Of a DNA stretch of 64,000 bases, positions 60,110 through 64,000 are shown one piece after another. The notes beneath the pieces are model-generated. The model was not told the DNA's origin, searched no databases, and saw only the letters and a list, made by a program, of their open reading frames with translations. Position numbers and translations under genes: made by a program. The stretch covers positions 74,999 through 138,998 of the forward strand of contig VFJZ01000005.1 in assembly GCA_009885805.1 (NCBI GenBank), in the 5' to 3' direction. The number at the start of each line of letters is the position of its first letter. The stretch's first letter is position 1. Origin of the DNA: Actinomycetota bacterium (GTDB lineage Bacteria; Actinomycetota; Thermoleophilia; Gaiellales; F1-60-MAGs149).

Positions 60110-60933
60110 GCGATCCGTTCAAGCAGGGCCTGAAGCACCGTCGGCGCGGCACCGCACTGGCCGAGGCAGATCCCGAACTCCTCCCCGGCCGGGCCGTGGT
60201 AGTCGGAGCCGCCGGTGGCGAGGAGTCGGTGTCGCGCGGCGATCGACGCGAACAGCTCGAGCTCGGTCGCGCGGAGACCGATGCGAACGACCTCGACGGC
60301 GTCGAGGCCGACGGCAGCGAGTTCGGCGACGAGCCGGTCGAGGACGTCGGGCTCCAGCAGGAGCGTCGCCGGGTGGGCGAGCGTCGCGGCGCCGCCGCAG
60401 GTCTTGACGAGGCGGACAGCCTCGATCGGGTCGAGAGCGCCGGCCGGGACATGGGCCGGCTGGCCGTCGCCGATCAGCCGGTCGAAGGCGTCAGTGACAT
60501 CGCTCGCGTGCCCGGCCTCGACGAGGGCAGCCGCGATGTGCGGCCGCCCGATCCGTCCGCTCGCGTACGCCGCGACGGCCTCGGGGTCGAGCGGCGCGCC
60601 CAGCACGGCGAGGCGGGCGAGGATCATGGCGTTGCGCCGCTCGCGAGCCGTCGCGATCTCGTCCATCCGGGCGACGAGCGGCGCCGGCGCCGACGTCGCG
60701 AAGTGGCCGAGCAGGTGGAACGTCCCGCGGTCGGTGCGGACCGAGAGCTCGATCCCGGGAACGAGGCGAATTCCGGCCGTGGCGGCCGCGACGAGCGCCT
60801 CGTCGCAGCCGGCGAGCGTGTCGTGATCGGTCAGCGCGAGCACCGTGACGTCCGCCGCCGCGGCACGCGCGACGAGCGCTGCGGGCGCAAGTGCACCGTC
60901 CGACGCGGTCGAGTGCGCGTGGAGCTCGATCAC
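60106..60933 (-). CDS. PHP-domain phosphoesterase
   Basis: LHAHSTASDG, LTDHDT, GIELS, GRPH, LAHP, GGSDYHG. Confidence 0.92.
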   Translation of the reverse strand: MIELHAHSTASDGALAPAALVARAAAADVTVLALTDHDTLAGCDEALVAAATAGIRLVPGIELSVRTDRGTFHLLGHFATSAPAPLVARMDEIATARERRNAMILARLAVLGAPLDPEAVAAYASGRIGRPHIAAALVEAGHASDVTDAFDRLIGDGQPAHVPAGALDPIEAVRLVKTCGGAATLAHPATLLLEPDVLDRLVAELAAVGLDAVEVVRIGLRATELELFASIAARHRLLATGGSDYHGPAGEEFGICLGQCGAAPTVLQALLERIA

Positions 60934-60972
60934 GCTGACACCGTATCGGCGGGCCCGGCGTACGATGCCGCC

Positions 60973-61272
60973 GTGGCCGACCTCCAGACCGGCACGCTCC
61001 TCCGGCTTCCCGCCGGCGCACGCGGCCCCTTCCACGTCTTCGTGAACGGCGCCGAGCAGCGCGAGGGCAGCGACTACGCCATCGACGGTGACGGTCTACG
61101 GTTTGCCGTCCCGCTGCGGTTCGCCGGGCGCGAGGGGCTGTGGAAGAAGCTCGTGATGTCGACGGCCGGGATCGGCTTCTACGGACGCGGCGATGCGATC
61201 GACGTGCACTACACGGCTGCCGACGGCGCGACGGCGGTCGGTACCGGCCTGCAGGTCGAGCCGCGGTCATGA
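60973..61272 (+). CDS. Hypothetical protein
   Basis: TACGAT 6 nt upstream of the GTG; VFVNG...EGSDY; ATGA overlap with nudC. Confidence 0.65.
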   Translation: MADLQTGTLLRLPAGARGPFHVFVNGAEQREGSDYAIDGDGLRFAVPLRFAGREGLWKKLVMSTAGIGFYGRGDAIDVHYTAADGATAVGTGLQVEPRS

Positions 61273-62081
61273 GATTCGAGCCGCTGCTCGACCTGCCGGG
61301 CGTCCTCGAGCCGGACGCGCTCGTCTTCGCCTTCGCCTCCGAGCGGCTCCTCCTGATCGGCAACGACCTGCCCAGCCTCGCCCGGCTGGGCCCGCTCGAC
61401 CCGCTGCCGCTCGGGCGGCTCGACGGCCGGCTCTGCCTGGCGGTGGCGCTCGATCCGACCCACGAACCCGAGTCGGGCACCTCGCTCGACGCCCTGCGCG
61501 ACGCCTGGGGCCGGCTCGACGAGCCGCTCTGGACGATGGCGGGGCGCGCCCTGCAGACACTGGCATGGGCCCGCGACCATGCTCACTGCGGACGCTGCGG
61601 CACGCCGACCGCAAAGCTCCCAGGCGAGCGGGCCCTGGCGTGCACCTCATGCGGCGTCGCCGCGTATCCTCGCCTGTCGCCGGCGATCATCGTCCTCGTC
61701 CGGCGCGGCGACGAGGTGCTCCTCTGCCACGGCACCCGCTTCCCGTCCCGGATGTACTCCTGCCTGGCCGGCTTCGTCGATCCGGGCGAGTCGCTGGAGG
61801 AGGCGGTGCATCGCGAGATCCGCGAGGAGGCCGGGATCGAGATCGACGACGTGACGTACGTGTCGTCCCAGCCCTGGCCGTTCCCGAACTCGCTGATGGT
61901 CGGTTTCACGGCGCGGTACGCGGGAGGCGACCTGACGCTCGACCCGTCGGAGATCGTCGACGGCGGCTGGTTCTCCCGCGAGGCGCTGCCCGAACTGCCG
62001 CCGTATCCGTCGATCGCGCGCCACCTGATCGACGGCTGGATCGACGGTGCCGACGCGCCTGCCGCTCAGCGCACGTCGTAG
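61269..62081 (+). CDS. nudC: NAD+ diphosphatase NudC
   Basis: CGRCG...CTSC zinc ribbon, Nudix box AGFVDPGESLEEAVHREIREEAG, SQPWPFP. Confidence 0.95.
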   Translation: MRFEPLLDLPGVLEPDALVFAFASERLLLIGNDLPSLARLGPLDPLPLGRLDGRLCLAVALDPTHEPESGTSLDALRDAWGRLDEPLWTMAGRALQTLAWARDHAHCGRCGTPTAKLPGERALACTSCGVAAYPRLSPAIIVLVRRGDEVLLCHGTRFPSRMYSCLAGFVDPGESLEEAVHREIREEAGIEIDDVTYVSSQPWPFPNSLMVGFTARYAGGDLTLDPSEIVDGGWFSREALPELPPYPSIARHLIDGWIDGADAPAAQRTS

Positions 62082-63700
62082 ACGATGACGCCGTCGATCG
62101 GGCGCCCGGTCAGCCCGGCTTCCCGCAGCAGCGCGGCGTAGGTGAACCCATGGCGGGCGTCGACGATCACGTGCGTCACGTGCTTGGCGGCGAGGAGGCG
62201 TCGTAGCCCGGCGCTGTCAACGGCCGGCCGCGTGACGTCGTACAACTGCGGGAGGATCGGCTCGGACGAGTACCACGTCGGCACGACGCTCGACGCGTAG
62301 CCACCAGCCTGGCGGAACGCCATGCCGGTCTTCGCCTGCCAGTACATGCCGTTCGCGAGGAACCCGTACGGCAGGAGCAGGACGACCGGTTCGCGGCCGA
62401 GCGCCGTCTCGGCGCGGCCGTTCAGGAAGAAGGCCGGTGGCTCGAGCCGGTGCCACCAGAAGCCGGCCGCAAGCGTCGGCGTCAGCATCACGATGCCGAG
62501 CAGCGCGACGGCCGAGCGGACGACGCCGAGGCGCGCCGGTGTCGCCAGCATGAGCGCCACCATCACCGCCAGCGCGAGCCAGGCATGGACGACGAACCGC
62601 GTCGGCAGGGCGAGGTCGAGCAGCGGCAGGTCGTCGACGAGGCCCCACGGGAGCGGCGGCCCGACCGACCCCGCCACGACGAGGCGCGAACCGAGCGCGC
62701 AGACGACGGCGACCAGCGCCACCAACGGCAGCAGGCGACCGGCGAACGTGCGGCGGGCCGTGACGGCGAACGCCACCGCCAGTCCGAGCAGTGGCAGTGG
62801 CATGTAGCCGAGTTGCTCGGTGACGTTCCCGGTGAAGCGCGCACTGGTCGGGGCGAGGAGCCCGCCGCCGATCTCCGTCACCCCGGTCGGAACGACGAGG
62901 TTGGCGAGGTCGAGGACGTAGAAGCCCGGACTGAGGCGGTCGGCGATCGGATTCGGATGAGCGAAGGCCGCGTACAGGTACGGCGAGACGACGGCCATCG
63001 CAACCAGCCCGCCGGCAGCAATCCGGACCGCCGTCCGCACGAGTGTCGGTCGCAGATCGGGTCCGGCGAGGACGATCGCGAGGAGACCGGCGAGGCCCCC
63101 GAACAGAACGAGGCCGAGCAGCATCTCCGTGAAGATCAGGAACTGCGCCACGAAGACGGCGGCGATCGCGAGCACGAACCGCCGATCGCCGATCCGTCCT
63201 GAGGCGTGCCGCAGTACGAGCAGCGCTGCCAGTGGCAGGGGGAAGACGAGCGCGAGGTTGAGGTGGTTCTGCATCTCGACCGTCACGTAGCTGGAGAAGC
63301 CGAACACCGCCCCGCCGGCGAGCGCCGGCCCGACCCGACCGCATGCCTCGCGGCAGAGCAGGTAGCAGCACCAGGCCGCCAGGGGCGGCGCGGCCAACGC
63401 GAGGAGGTTGTAGGCGACCTCCGGTCCAGCCGTCGCCGTGACCGGTGCCATCAGCACGGCCGGTAACGGAATGACCGTCGCCCAGGCGAGGTTGAAGCCC
63501 TCCGGGGAGAAGATCAGATCGGTCAGGAACGGACTCTCGGCACCCTGGAGAACGCGCTTCCAGTGCACCAGGCTCCACATGAAGAAACCCTGATCCGAGC
63601 CGAAGCGGCCGACGACGGTGTCGCTGGCGTCGCCGAACACGATCCCGCGCCCGAAGAGCAGGACCGACCCGACGGTGTAGAGCGCAAGTGCCCGCACCAT
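62066..63700 (-). CDS. Polytopic membrane protein, GT-C glycosyltransferase-like
   Basis: Many TM segments, D-containing first loop (GSDQ), FSPEGFNLAW, MYWQ...GGY. Confidence 0.65.
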   Translation of the reverse strand: MVRALALYTVGSVLLFGRGIVFGDASDTVVGRFGSDQGFFMWSLVHWKRVLQGAESPFLTDLIFSPEGFNLAWATVIPLPAVLMAPVTATAGPEVAYNLLALAAPPLAAWCCYLLCREACGRVGPALAGGAVFGFSSYVTVEMQNHLNLALVFPLPLAALLVLRHASGRIGDRRFVLAIAAVFVAQFLIFTEMLLGLVLFGGLAGLLAIVLAGPDLRPTLVRTAVRIAAGGLVAMAVVSPYLYAAFAHPNPIADRLSPGFYVLDLANLVVPTGVTEIGGGLLAPTSARFTGNVTEQLGYMPLPLLGLAVAFAVTARRTFAGRLLPLVALVAVVCALGSRLVVAGSVGPPLPWGLVDDLPLLDLALPTRFVVHAWLALAVMVALMLATPARLGVVRSAVALLGIVMLTPTLAAGFWWHRLEPPAFFLNGRAETALGREPVVLLLPYGFLANGMYWQAKTGMAFRQAGGYASSVVPTWYSSEPILPQLYDVTRPAVDSAGLRRLLAAKHVTHVIVDARHGFTYAALLREAGLTGRPIDGVIVYDVR

Positions 63701-64000
63701 CAGCTCCAGGTGAGTTCGACCGCAGCGAGCAGGCTGTCGCCGCCGTCTCCCTCGACGGGCGCGATGACCCGGAGCGCTATCGCGCCCGGCGCGACCTGGA
63801 GGTCGCGCTCGGCCTGTTCGGGCGGGACGACCGCGACGCGCGGGACGCGGCCAGCGACCCGACCGAGCCCGAGCACGTCCGAGCGGGCGCCCTCGATGAC
63901 GTAGAACGCCGCCAGCACGAGCGCGATCAGGTACGGATTGTCGCGCTGGTCGCCGAACGCCAGCCGCTCCCGCGTCCGCTGGGTCGCGTCGACGAGGAAC
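63700..64000 (-). CDS. Hypothetical protein, 3' part only (begins beyond the window)
   Basis: Frame open to the window edge; stop overlaps the downstream ATG (TGATG). Confidence 0.5.
   Translation of the reverse strand, partial: FLVDATQRTRERLAFGDQRDNPYLIALVLAAFYVIEGARSDVLGLGRVAGRVPRVAVVPPEQAERDLQVAPGAIALRVIAPVEGDGGDSLLAAVELTWS

Overview
High-GC actinobacterial chromosome segment; gene content, codon style and leaderless promoters suggest class Thermoleophilia (inference). About 65 genes, mostly housekeeping or catabolic: FtsH, Lon, RpiA, GluQ, NudC, MFS/ABC transporters, acyl-CoA dehydrogenases, and an amine-oxidation cluster with a TMADH-like flavoenzyme, a sarcosine-oxidase-like enzyme and hydantoinase A/B. 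No rRNA, tRNA, CRISPR array, integrase or transposase was seen. The best candidate for a new system is a translationally coupled methylamine-utilisation-like (mau-like) operon at 29995-33242. It encodes a MauE-MauD fusion; a Tat-exported, 10-Cys MauA-like protein in which the second TTQ tryptophan position appears to be Tyr; a MauF-like membrane protein fused to a beta-propeller, whose WSPCG cysteine is an in-frame TGA followed by SECIS-like hairpins (probable selenoprotein missed by the ORF track); and a nitroreductase, with no MauG. A second pattern is small cargo islands bracketed by a diverged ~95-100 bp duplicate of the host gene's 3' end: toxin-antitoxin genes after hydantoinase A and a secreted metalloprotease pair after an L,D-transpeptidase. 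All family calls are from motif recognition by eye; no searches were run.
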